Notes under the pieces: generated by a model | What the model was told of the DNA's origin: nothing | Seen by the model: only the letters and a program-made list of their open reading frames with translations | The model's database searches: none | Shown here: in pieces, positions 1 to 10,741 of the stretch | How positions within the stretch are numbered: position 1 is the first letter of the stretch | Layout: each line of letters begins with the position of its first letter | Position numbers and translations under genes: made by a program | DNA from: Bilabrum cf. latius | Lineage: Eukaryota | Direction of reading: 5' to 3' | Assembly (NCBI GenBank): GCA_965178125.1 | Contig: OZ237737.1 | Coordinates: 1,612,001 to 1,676,000, forward strand | Length of the DNA stretch: 64,000 nucleotides

Positions 1-3000
1 CCGGGCCAGCAGAGGCGCGCATCCATCGCCCGCATGCAGCGCTCCACGCAGTCCAGGAGAGAGGCCGTGGCCAGGGCGGGAGGTTTGCAGGCGCTCGCTG
101 CGGTGGCGCTCGGCTCCACTGGCCTGCTTCGCAAGGCCATCAACGCTGTGAGCCTGAACCGTGCCAGGCCCAAGCGGAGGGTGTACCGGGCCCCGGGAGT
201 GGGGGTGCAGGACATGCCCGCGGTGGGCTCACCGGGCCGCATGTCGCCTGGCCGTTCGTCGTTTGCCGTGACAGGAGGCTCCCCGACCATCGGGCCCTCG
301 GTGTCCGGTGCGGTGGGCAGGGCGCCTGCCCTGAGTCCCGGGCGGGGGGGCAGGCCCCACCGCCACTCGATGCACGACATGTCCGGCCTCAACCTGACGG
401 CCGCGGCCATCCAGGCGCGGTCGGGGCAGGAGACCCAGCACTTGCTTGTAGCTGGCAGCAGCTCCAGCAGCACCGGCAACCAAGGGGCCAGGGAGCGGCC
501 CGTCTCCGGTGCTGCCAGGGGCCGCCGGGTCCAGCCTGGCTTCGTGGCGGGCCCCGGCGCAGATGGCCCTGCCGGCGCCGCCCCGGAATCTCGCAGCCAG
601 GGGGTGATGGTGAGCGAGTCCACGGTGGAGTACCTCAAGGGCCTCGAGGCGGTCGCGGGGGACGCGCTGGCCTGCGCCTCGAGGACGGAGAGCGTGCGGT
701 CCTTCCTGGTGAGCCCGTCGGTGGAGAGGGACCTGGACAAAGCGTGGCAGCACGCCCGTATCACGCCGAGGGCAGAGTCCACCGGGGCTGCGGCGGCTGC
801 GGCAACGGCTGGCGGCGCTAGGGGGACCTCTGTGGCTGGCCAGGACGGCCGTCCCGGCACTGCCGACAGCATCATTGACACGGGCAGGGGAGGCGCCTCG
901 GACGGGAGCAAGCCGGTGGGCGTGGCCCGGATCGACCCCTCCATGGCCCCCGTGTGTGTCCGCGCGGCCATCACCCTGGTGCGCACAAGCCGGGTGGGCG
1001 TGCAGAGCAGCGGGGCAGAGATCTTGGCCAGCCTCTCCGAGCAGGACGACCACCGTGCAGTGTTGCTGCAGCTGCCCACCGTGCCGCTGCTGGCCAAGCT
1101 GGCTAGCAGGCCGGGTGTGCTGCCGCAGGTCAAGGCGTTCTGCGCCAGGACGCTGCAGCACTGCTCGGCGGACAAGAGGCTCCTTGCGGCGCCCCCTGCT
1201 GAGGATGGAAGCGGCAGTAGCGGTGCGGTCGCTGGAGCCGGGTCTGGAGGGGAGGAGGGCAGCAGCAGCCCGGGCTTCAAGGCCGGGTCGGATGGCGCGC
1301 AGGGTGGCGGCAGCAGCTCCTCAATGGGCGCGAGCATCGTGCAGAGCATCCTCATGCTGCTGCCCGCCGCTGATGACGCCGATGAGGCCGACCAGAACGG
1401 GGAGGGTGCTGGCGACGAGGAAGACGAGGACGAGGAGATAGACGATCTGGAGCAGATCGAGACCGGTCCTCTCATGGCAGGAGGCGGCGCTGGGACGCCC
1501 AATCCGGGCGATGACACGCCCGGCGGGACCTCGTACTCGCCCTCGCCCAAGCCGGCCGTGCAGCTGCCACCCGAGGTGCTGGCCAAGCACAGGCAGCTGT
1601 TCCGGCCGCAGATCGCGCAGCTCCACGTGCCGCAGAGGGGCTGGAGGGACAGCAGCGTGGAGCTGCCGGCAGTGTTCGGGGGCCGCGGACCAGACGAGTC
1701 ATCGCTGGACGAGTTTGCCCAGTGTGCGTCTGGCCTGCTGTACCCAGCCAGCGTGGTGACTCGTCTGGTGGAAGGTGTGGAGCTGATGGAGCCCGAGGGC
1801 GGCACCAGTTCTGCTGGCTCCAAGTAGGCCGGCGTGCTTGCAGAGTCGTCTGGGATCTTGGGAGACGGGGAGGAGGGTAAGCAGGCAAGCGGAGTCGAAG
1901 CCGAGCAGGGGCAGGGCGAGGGCAAGGAAGGGGACGAGGACGACGACCTGCTGAGCATCCCTGGCGGCAGCGATGCCGGACTCGGGGACGATGGTGGGGA
2001 GGAGGACAAGCGCGCGGAGGGCAGCGGTGCGAAGGAACAGGACGAGCTGTGGATCGACCCGGACCGGGTCCCGCAGTGGAGCAAAGTGGCCGTCATGCTG
2101 GGCGCACCCCACCAGTTCGCCACGGAGGACACCGTGCCCGGTGGCGGTGCCAGGGCAGGGTCTCCCGGCAGTCGTCGCTCGCAGGGCGCCAGCTCCCCCA
2201 CGCCTTCCATGGCCGCACCCCCCCGGCTGGACACCAGTGCCCGGGCAGAGGAGGACCACAGCGGGCTGAGAACGGCCGGCACGGTCGATCTCCAGGTGGA
2301 CGTGGCGGGCTTCCGGGACGAGGACGACCTGGACCGCGAGCTTGAGGACAGCGACGGGGAGGGGTTGCAGCCAAGGAGGAGGGGCCGGCTGGGGTCCCGG
2401 GGCCTGCGATCCACCGCTGGCGGCATCGACGACGACGACGAGGACGGGGGGCAGCATGCAGCGCCCCCCACGACCGTGGACCAAGTGGCTTCTTGGCTAT
2501 CAGACGAGAGCGGGGTCCTTGGGTACGGCCAGCAGGGCGTGCTGTTCGACATCGAGGAGGCCAGGGACCACCTCATCGTGGCCGCGACATCGGAGAGGCT
2601 GGGCATGGGAGGGCTGGCCATCCGGTCGGCGCTGGGGCCCGCGCACACAGACACCGCGGGCACGGGGCCGGGCCACCAGACGGCCACGGCGGGTAGCGCT
2701 GGCGGCGGGATCATCGGGCAGGCGGAGGAGGCGCTGGCCCGTGTGGGATCGAGTCCGATCCTGTACGTTAACAAGCAGATGCTGCGGCACGCCAGGGGCC
2801 AGGGACCCAGGCCGCACATGCAGAGGCTCTTGGCGCAGGCTGCGCGAGCTGCGGCGGCGGGTGAAGAGCTGCCCGAGGGACTGGGCGTGTCGGGGGTGGT
2901 GATTGCAGGCGGGACAGCTGGGGGCACCATGCGCAGCGCTGCCTCGAGCCCCTCCCATTCTCGTGCGGCAAGCCCTGCGCACTCGAGCGCCGCAGGTGGT

Positions 3001-5799
3001 GGGTTCCATGCAGGGACTGCACCCGCATCTGACGACGATGACGAGGACCAGGACAGGCACCACGCCACGCTGCGGCTGCTCAGCGAGGGCCTGAACCCCT
3101 CCCGGCTGTCTCGGCCGGAGGACAACGTGCTGGTCCTCAAGCTGGGGGGCAAGATCGAGGAGGACGAGGCGGTGGGCGGCGCGGTGTTCCGGCCGGACGA
3201 GACGCAGGAGCGGCTAGAGGTGGAGCGCAAGGCCAGGGAGCGCCTGCCGCCTGCCGTCAAGAAGAGCCAGCCGAGGCAGTTTGGCCAGGCCCAGGCATTT
3301 GGCAAGGGGAGGCAAATCGTGCCCCCTAGGTCCCCCTTGCGCACCGACAGGTCGGCAGGCTCCGACGAGCGTGGCAAGAGCAGGCGAGCGAGGGCAAAGG
3401 GCAAGACCAGGTCACGGAAACCGCAGTGGAGGCCCGGGGGACCCGCTCAGGATCTCCGGCAACAGATGGAACAGCGCGAGAAGCGCCTGCAAGAGGCTGC
3501 AGCAGCGGCTGCGAAGAAAGAGGCCGAGCTGAAGGAGGCGCTGGGGTCCAACTACGAGGTGGCCAGGGGGCAGTACTTGGACAGCAAGTAGCGGGGGCGC
3601 AGGGGTGGCCAGGGGGAGGAGGAACCGCTGTCCCAGTCGCAGGTGCTGCTGCGGGCCGAGGCTTGGGGCAAGGAGAGGGGTCGCGCGGCGCAGCAGCAGC
3701 AAGAGGTGCGGGCGGGGCAGCGGCGCATGAAGGAGGCCGAGGACCGGTTCTGGCAGGCGGACGAAGGCAAGAAGATCGGATCGAGGCTCAGGCAGCAGCA
3801 AGCCCTCTCGGCCTACGTGGCTCCCTCGGCACAGATCTCGGGCCCAGCGCTAGGTGCCGCAGGGAGGGATGAGTTCAACCGAACGGCGCCAGCCAGCAGC
3901 CTGCGCGGGTCTGCGAGTGCGAGTGCGCTGTCTCGGCTGTCGCAGACGCAGCACAATCGGCTGTAGGCCAGCGTGGGCGCTGGCCGGCCGGGCGACGACT
4001 CGATCGGGAGCCAGTTCAGCCGCGCCGACCGCGAGCTGCTGGGTCCGGAACCTGGCCTTCCTCCCAAGCTGCAGCTGCCAACCCGGTCTCCTGGCCGGAC
4101 GGGCAGCGCTGGATTTGCTCTTGGTGCGGCATCTGCGGCGCGCGTTGATGCGCGCGCCTCTGCCAGTCGGCAGGGCGGGTCCCGGAGCGGGCTCGCGAGG
4201 GCAGGTGCGGGCGCTGTGCAAGGCCTTGGCCGCACGTCTCCCACTCCCCTGGGGCAGCCCCAGGGCCAGGGCAGGGGCAGGGGCCGGGGCAGGGGCAGAG
4301 GCAGGACGAGCCAGTCTAGGTCTCGCGGCAACCGGTCGGGTGGAGCACCTCCGCCTGGCCACCGAAGCCGTGTGAGTCGGCGCCAGCAGCAGGCACAGAA
4401 GCAGGCGTCGATGCGGCGGCGGGGCATCGACCCAGAGGCGCAGGCAAGGGAGAGGGCGCGGTTGGAAGAGGAGCGCATCCGAAGGGAGCGCATGCACGTG
4501 CCGGTGGAGGCCGGGGCCGTGAGCGGAGAGTTCGGGGATAGCACCATGAGGCGGCTGCTGGTGGCCACCGCTGCTCCCGGAGATGCGGCGGCTCGCGCGA
4601 GACCAGCAAGCCGCGGGGGCTCGTCGCATGGCGTGGCGCATCCGAGGACTGCGCCGGCCGGGGCGGCCCGTCCGCTGCTGACCGAGGCAGACGGTGGTCA
4701 GGTGAGGGAGCAGCAGTCGGCCGCGCCTCTCCCCGACCCCGGCCTGGTCCCAGACCCGCGGTCCTCGCTCCCTGCCACCACCCCCATGTGGAGAGGCACG
4801 CCCGTGTTCAGCGGGGCCGCCGATGCGGGCTCTCATGACCATCCCGCCGCGGGCGAGAGCCTGCAGACGGCCTCGCAGCGGTCTCGCGTGAAGCAGGCCC
4901 TGGCCGCGGGTGCAAGGGCCGGCTCGGCCTCCCCCACAGGCGACCAGGGGGCTGGCACTCCCGATGGCGGCGGCAAGCCTCCGTTGGTGGACCCGCTGAC
5001 CCGGTCCATGTCCTTCTCTCAGCTGCAGGGGGGCGAGAACCTTGCGCCTGTGGCAGAAGGTAATGAGGACGATGAGAAGGACAGCGCCAGGGGGGACGCT
5101 CCTAGCAGTGTGGCTGCGGCGCAATCGTCGCAGGGGCGTGGCGGCGATGACGTACATGGGCGCAAGGCCGACGGCGATGCCAAGGAGGACAAGGCCGACG
5201 GCGATGCCAAGGAGGACAAGGCCGACGGCGATGCCAAGGAGGACAAGGCCGACGGCGATGCCAAGGAGGACAAGGCCAACGGCGATGCCAAGGAGGACAA
5301 GGCCAACGGCGATGCCAAGGAGGACAAGGCCAACGGCGATGCCAAGGAGGACAAGGCCAACGGCGATGCCAAGGAGGACAAGGCCAACGGCGATGCCAAG
5401 GAGGACAAGGCCAACGGCGATGCCAAGGAGGACAAGGCCAACGGCGATGCCAAGGAGGACAAGGCCAACGGCGATGCCAAGGAGGACAAGGCCGAAGACA
5501 AGCCCGAGGTAGCTGCAGCCGCCGCCATCGCAGAGGCAGCTCCAGAAGGTGCCCAGGCGCTGATCGACGCAGTGCTGAGCGACCCAGCTGGTGCTCTCGC
5601 GGAAAAGCACGCCGAGGAGGACGCCATCGCTGCTGCTGCTGAGGAAGCGAGGGCACATGCTGCAGGGGGGCAGAGCGGTGGCAGTGCGGGACCCAAGAGT
5701 GCTGCGCAGCCTGGCATTTCGGCCGATCAGTTCTAGCAGCAGAAACTGGGAACTGAAGGACAGGCCGAGGGGAAGGGAGAGGGCAAGGACGAATCGTGA
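1..5799 (+). CDS. Large low-complexity hypothetical protein, 5'-truncated by the window edge; possible ARM-like repeat near 950-1170 and a C-terminal KA(D/N)GDAKED repeat
   Basis: Frame is open from position 1. ORFs 34..1827, 1834..3591, 3643..3966 and 3973..5736 share one frame and are separated only by TAG (1825, 3589, 3964, 5734). Read-through ends at TGA 5797-5799 (...DQF*QQKLGTEGQAEGKGEGKDES). Confidence 0.8.
5164..5487 (+). repeat. Coding minisatellite, 12 x 27 bp (aaggccRacggcgatgccaaggaggac)
   Basis: Directly visible: 4 units encode KADGDAKED, then 8 units encode KANGDAKED. Confidence 0.97.
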
Positions 5800-5946
5800 A
5801 TGGGCGTGTTGCCTGGGGGTGGGATTGAACATGCTGAAACGAAACACAATTTGAAAGTCATGGAATTAAGTGCAGAGGCATAGACCACAAGCATGTGCCC
5901 TAACTCAAGCACAAGCGCAGATGCACCATGCGCTCCCTCCCCACGA

Positions 5947-6906
5947 TCACCGCTTTCTCTCCCGCTTCCACCGAAACTGCGCAGGCAGACCACCCTTCGC
6001 GTCTGTAACTTTGACCCTGCTACCCTTCGTCCCCAGGGCCTTCTGGTGCTGCAGATGCGCCACCGCCCGCCCCAGCACCTTGGCTCGTCGGGTCCTGGCC
6101 TCTGCCTCCCGCACCACCTCCTGTCTGCGCACCGCCAGCTTGTCCGATGCTTTCTGACTCAGCCTGCGCCGCTTGGTGACCCGCCGAGTCTCTCGCATGA
6201 TAGATCGGGCTGCATCCTTGGAAATGGGGCCTTCACTGGAGCTGGGGGCCTCGGCTGAGGACGGGCCTGCGGACGCGCCGGGGCCAGACGAGGACTGCGA
6301 CCCGGCTCCGCTGATCACGCCGAGCTGCGCCAGACGCTAGGCGGCTTTCCCCTTGAACGCTGGAGCGTGTCGAATAGATGCAACTGCGGATTCATCGGCG
6401 ATCTGGACGTCGCCATGTGCGCCCACTTGTTGCTCGCTGCGCTTTCGTTTCCTGCCTCTCGCGATGCCTTCGTCAGCTCCTACGAATACTAGCCTAGTGC
6501 TCGGCTTCGGAGCGGCTGTGCCATGAATGCGATCTTTCAACCTCTATGCCTTCTTAAGATCCGCCTACCTCTTGGTGACTACGTATGCCTCGTCCTGTGT
6601 CTTCAGCAGTGCCAGCATGTCCTTGGACAACTTTGGCCCATCTCGCATAGCTTTGTGCACGCCATCCGCTGTTTGTCCCTTGACCATTCCAAAGTAAAAC
6701 TCATCTGGGTTGCGTTCCTGTGCTTTGCGCTGCAAGGCCTACTTTCTCTTCTGCTTCTTGTGGTGGTTTCGTGCTCTCTTAAGATAGTCCTTCTTTTTCT
6801 CGAGCAACCCAAGCTTTGCTCTGTGAGCTGGCTACGCACGTTCCTAATGCTCCCGAGATTGCACAGCATTTTTGAAAGCTGAAAATCCTCCAGATCCTTT
6901 CTGCAT
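5947..6906 (-). CDS. UTP11: U3 snoRNA-associated protein 11 (SSU processome), 319 aa with UAG=Gln
   Basis: ATG 6906 gives MQKGSGGFSAFKNAVQSREH*ERA*PAHRAKLGLLEKKKDYLKRA...RKAQERNPDEFYFGM...LLKTQD...FRWKRERKR, ending TGA 5947. Matches the Utp11 motifs ERxQP, LGLLEKKKDY, NPDEFY and TQD and the C-terminal WKxxRKR. Six in-frame TAGs: 6844, 6832, 6739, 6565, 6544, 6337. Confidence 0.95.
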
Positions 6907-7017
6907 GGTTCAATTTGCGTAGTTGCAGAAGCAAGAACCGGGGCACCACCGCAAAGTAACGTGCTGATTCCAACTGTTGCAAGACGTTGGGTGCATCCAC
7001 TCAAAACGCTAGTGAAC

Positions 7018-9167
7018 ATGGCCTCAATCGATGAAATGAAACAGTTAATGCTGAAGAGTTTGGAACATCGAGGTGTGCTGGGACAGATACGGGTTAGACA
7101 ACTGTTATTGGCTCTCTATTTCCAGTCATTGCTAGAATCTGTCAAGCGTTTCGATTTCCGTTCTCGTAACCGCAATGCACGAGCAGGCACAAGTTCGAGC
7201 TGCCGTATTCACGGCAATCGACGAGTAGGAGAGAGCGGACGGGGTTCACATGGAGAACCTGCGATTGTCAAAGCTGAAAGACTCCAAGCACGGTACGTTT
7301 CTGCAGCTGCAGGTATGGCTGGCATGATGCAACTAGTACTGGTACTGCTGATACAATCCCATGTGCAACACAATTCAATTTCGCAGGTATGCTGCTCTTG
7401 TCGATGGTCGACGACTTTTTAGGATTCTATGGCCTCAGTTACACCAGATCGTGCCTGCTGTCAGAAGCATAGATTGACGAGGAAACCGTGCAAGCTCGAC
7501 CGCAGATGCTGTCGCAACTGCCTTCAGCAAGTAATGATATGGATGATGGCAGCTACCCTGTCTTGCTGCGAGTGCTGGGAGCGGCGAGGGGGGTCGGGCA
7601 ATCTCAGCGCTCCGCTGCCGCTGCTGGCCCCGCCACGCCAGAGCGGTCTTCTGGGGCATTCAGGGGCGGTTTTCATGCCGAGTCCAAAACGCCTGATAGC
7701 CCAGATGATCCTTTGCGAAATACCGTTGGAAAAAAAGCATTTGGAGCCGGGCGGGCAGGTGCAGGATCAGATCTAGGACAGGCCGGGCAGGGCCCTCGGC
7801 TGCACAGCCCACCCGGTGCTGCTGCCACTGCTGGTGCGAGGGAGTATGAGGGGGAGGCAAGCGACATCCAGTATCGCGTTGGCACATCTCCAAAGACGCA
7901 TGGATCCTCGGGCACTGGAGCTGAGCGTGAGCGTGATGAGGGTGAAGGTGAGGGTGAAGCACCCCCTTCCGCGTCTGCAGCAATCGCCGGGCTGGCATCG
8001 CCGGGGGACTACGCCAGCGACTCGTTTGATGACTCCAGCGTGGGAGCAGGTGGCTCTCCGAGTCCGTATCGCCGTACTGACCGGGATCGTCGCGCCGCAG
8101 GCATTAGTGGTGGCACGGGCGCCGCAAGCGAAATGGGTGAGGACCCAACGGAGGATGGGTCTGGCGGTGCTGGTGCCGGTAGCAGGACGGCCCAGCTGGG
8201 TCTGAAGCTGGACCTTAGCTCACTTGGGGGTGGGTCTCCTTCTGGAGCCGGGCCTGAGGGAGATTCGGAGGATGCAGGTGAGAAGGAGAAAGAGAGGGGG
8301 CAGGGGCAGGGGCAGGAAGGGGCAGACGGCTCTGCTGCCACTACGGAGGAGGAAGAAGCTGCCTTGGCGGCCTAGCTGGCCCAAGTGCTGGGCACGAGCA
8401 AAGGACAGGTAAGTGGAGGTGGAGGGGGAGAGGGAGAGGGAGACGGGCCCAAGGCTGCTGATCCCCCCTAGCCGCCTGCATAGTCGGCCAAGCAGCTGCC
8501 TGCTGTCAGTCCGCCGGGCGGGGTCCCTGCCAGAGAGCAGCCGCCCAAGCAGGAGCCTGGGGCACATGAAGGAGGCGAGGATGGCGATGAGGATGACGAT
8601 GATTATGGGGACGATGACTATGACGATGATTTCGATGACGAGGAGGAAGTGCCGGATGAAATTGAAGACGAGGAAGAGGAAGGTGCAGCCGGTGGAGCGG
8701 GCAGCGGCGCGTTGGGCCAGGCTGGGGGCAGCAGCAGCAGATAGCGCTCGCCTGGTGCTTCTGGTGGCATGCCCGACGACAATGACCTTGCCCTTTCCCT
8801 TGGGGAGTCTCGCGACCTGGCTCAGTCGCTGGACGGTGATCTGTCCAGCAAGGAGGGAGAGGGCGAGGGCGAGGGCGGAAGCAAGGGAAGCGGGGCCTCG
8901 TCCTCTGAAGAAGTTAGGGACAGGGCAGCGCACGGGCAGGGGCTCAGCCCGGCGGGCTTCGGGGCCAGCCGACCTGGTACTACTAGCAGCGGCAGCGGCG
9001 TCAGCCATGCTGCGAACAATGGCCGGGAAGCAGAAGATGATGGGCCCCCCATCCCCGCGGGCAGGCTGGTGGAGCTGGTCGGGGACTTGCAGACAAGCAC
9101 CGTCCTGGAGAGCGAGAACCCGAGGTCGGCTGGGTTCGTGGAGGTGCCCAGAGGCGGGGGGGACTGA
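7018..9167 (+). CDS. CEP43: FOP/FGFR1OP-family centrosomal/basal-body protein (LisH + FOP dimerisation domain, long low-complexity tail), ~653 aa; exons 7018-7092, 7187-7292, 7387-9167
   Basis: Spliced N-terminus MASIDEMKQLMLKSLEHRGVLGQIR|AQVRAAVFTAIDE*ERADG...KHG|MLLLSMVDDFLGFYGLSYTRSCLLSEA*...YPVLLRVL matches FOP. Two 94-nt GT-AG introns. TAGs at 7226, 7470, 8373, 8469, 8481, 8742; stop TGA. Confidence 0.82.
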
Positions 9168-9330
9168 CCGGTGTCTGACCTGGTATGGTGTGGTGTGCAT
9201 CGTGTCCTCTAAAGTATGCGTGCTTGATAGAGATAGACTGTGTGTGTGCCTGGACCAAATCAGCGGATGCACGCAACAAACCTATGAGCAACCCTAGCGT
9301 ACGTATCAATGGACCCCCCTTCCATCCAAC

Positions 9331-10410
9331 TCAGGTGGCCAGCTCTGGGTGGGCTGCCTCCACTGCATCGGCGGTCCCGTTGATCGCGGCACACGCGCCG
9401 CCCAGCTCCAGGTCCCACGTAGCCAGCGTGTCCCTGGCCCCTTGTCTGAAGTCCAAGATGCCCTTGAGCTGGTCGATGCCTGCCTCGAGCCGGCCCGCTG
9501 CGATCATCGAGGCCGCCACCTTCTCGGCGTCCTCCGTGCTGCTGGTGTTGATGATGCGGGCCAGCGAGTCCAGGCGGATGGTCCTGTAGACCGCCGAGCA
9601 CGCCGCCACGTTGTGCTCTTGCACGGCCCGGTCCAGTACCGTGGTTGTTCCCTCGATGCGGGCGTCCTGGTGGTCCGCCAGCAGTGCCCTGAACGTCTCC
9701 ACGTCCTCCTTGCGGATGAGCTGCTCCCTGTACATCTTCTCCAGCATGGCGTACTGGGGGATGCCCTCGCTGCGGCTGTCCTTGTAGATCTTGCCCATGA
9801 GGCGCTGCCGCTGCGGCCCCGCCCTCTCCAGGATGACGCACGTGGCGGCGTCCGCCAGCAGCTTGGTGCGCTCCATGGCCACGATCAAGGGGTCTCTGCT
9901 CAGCTCGTAGAACAGAGACGCCGCCTGCTGGAAATTTCGCCTGGCGTCCTGTACCTTGGCCCTGCACACTCTGTATCGCAGCTTGGTTGCGGCATCGTCC
10001 GACGACGACATGCAACGCGCGGCCTTCATAATGAAAGAGTCCGCGTTGCCAGAATCCTCCGCCTGCAGGAAATTCTCCGCCAGAGCAACATTATAATAAA
10101 ACTAATCCTTGGCTGGGACCGCTAGGGCCCGCGTGAACGCCAAAATACATCCCTGCACGTCAGACTTGGCCCATTTAGAATCGTAGAAAAACTTTCGCAC
10201 CTCCCAGTCCTCAGCTCCGACGGCTTCTCCGTGTGTTCGCATAGCCTCTAGGGCTGGCGTGCACGCAAGCTCGACTACTGCGGGCTTTGTTTCAATAAGT
10301 CGCCTGAGGTGTCCTACAAAGTGCATCACGATCTTCTTGACTGTCCCAACATCACCAAGAGTGCACGCATGCGCTACAAGCTTTCCAAGAGAATCACCAT
10401 CCTCCTCCAT
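9331..10410 (-). CDS. COPS4: COP9 signalosome subunit 4 (PCI domain), 359 aa
   Basis: Motifs LRYRVCRAKVQDARRNFQQAA, ILERAGPQRQRLMGKIYKD, LEKMY, TVLDRAVQEHN, AEKVAASMI..GRL...IDQ. ORFs 10102..10410 and 9331..10029 are joined in frame through TAG 10102; stop TGA. Confidence 0.9.
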
Positions 10411-10741
10411 TGCAAACTAATCAATCAACTCTTCGAATTTCTCGCGCTTGGCATCGTTTGACGGCAGCGTATCCACCTGCGATGGAGACGACCAACGCGA
10501 GAACGGGGCATAGACGCTCAGATAGAGATAGACTTCTTCAAAGAACTCCAGCGCGACTCAGCATTGTACATATCTGCTATCTTATTTCATACCTGGGCAA
10601 TAGCAGCGTCAACCATTTCAGTGGGCTTGAATATCTGCAGATGAAAAGCAAATTTTATTTTGGCTATGGTAGCGTGTAATTTAATCGAAAATCAGATCAC
10701 GATGTTGCAGCAAATCCTGCCCAAACTAGGCCGTTCACGCC

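Noticed and set aside
3850-5847. 665-aa minus-strand ORF with (GIAVGLVLL)n resembling a membrane protein
   Set aside because: It is the antisense shadow of the 27-bp KADGDAKED repeat in the + strand gene.
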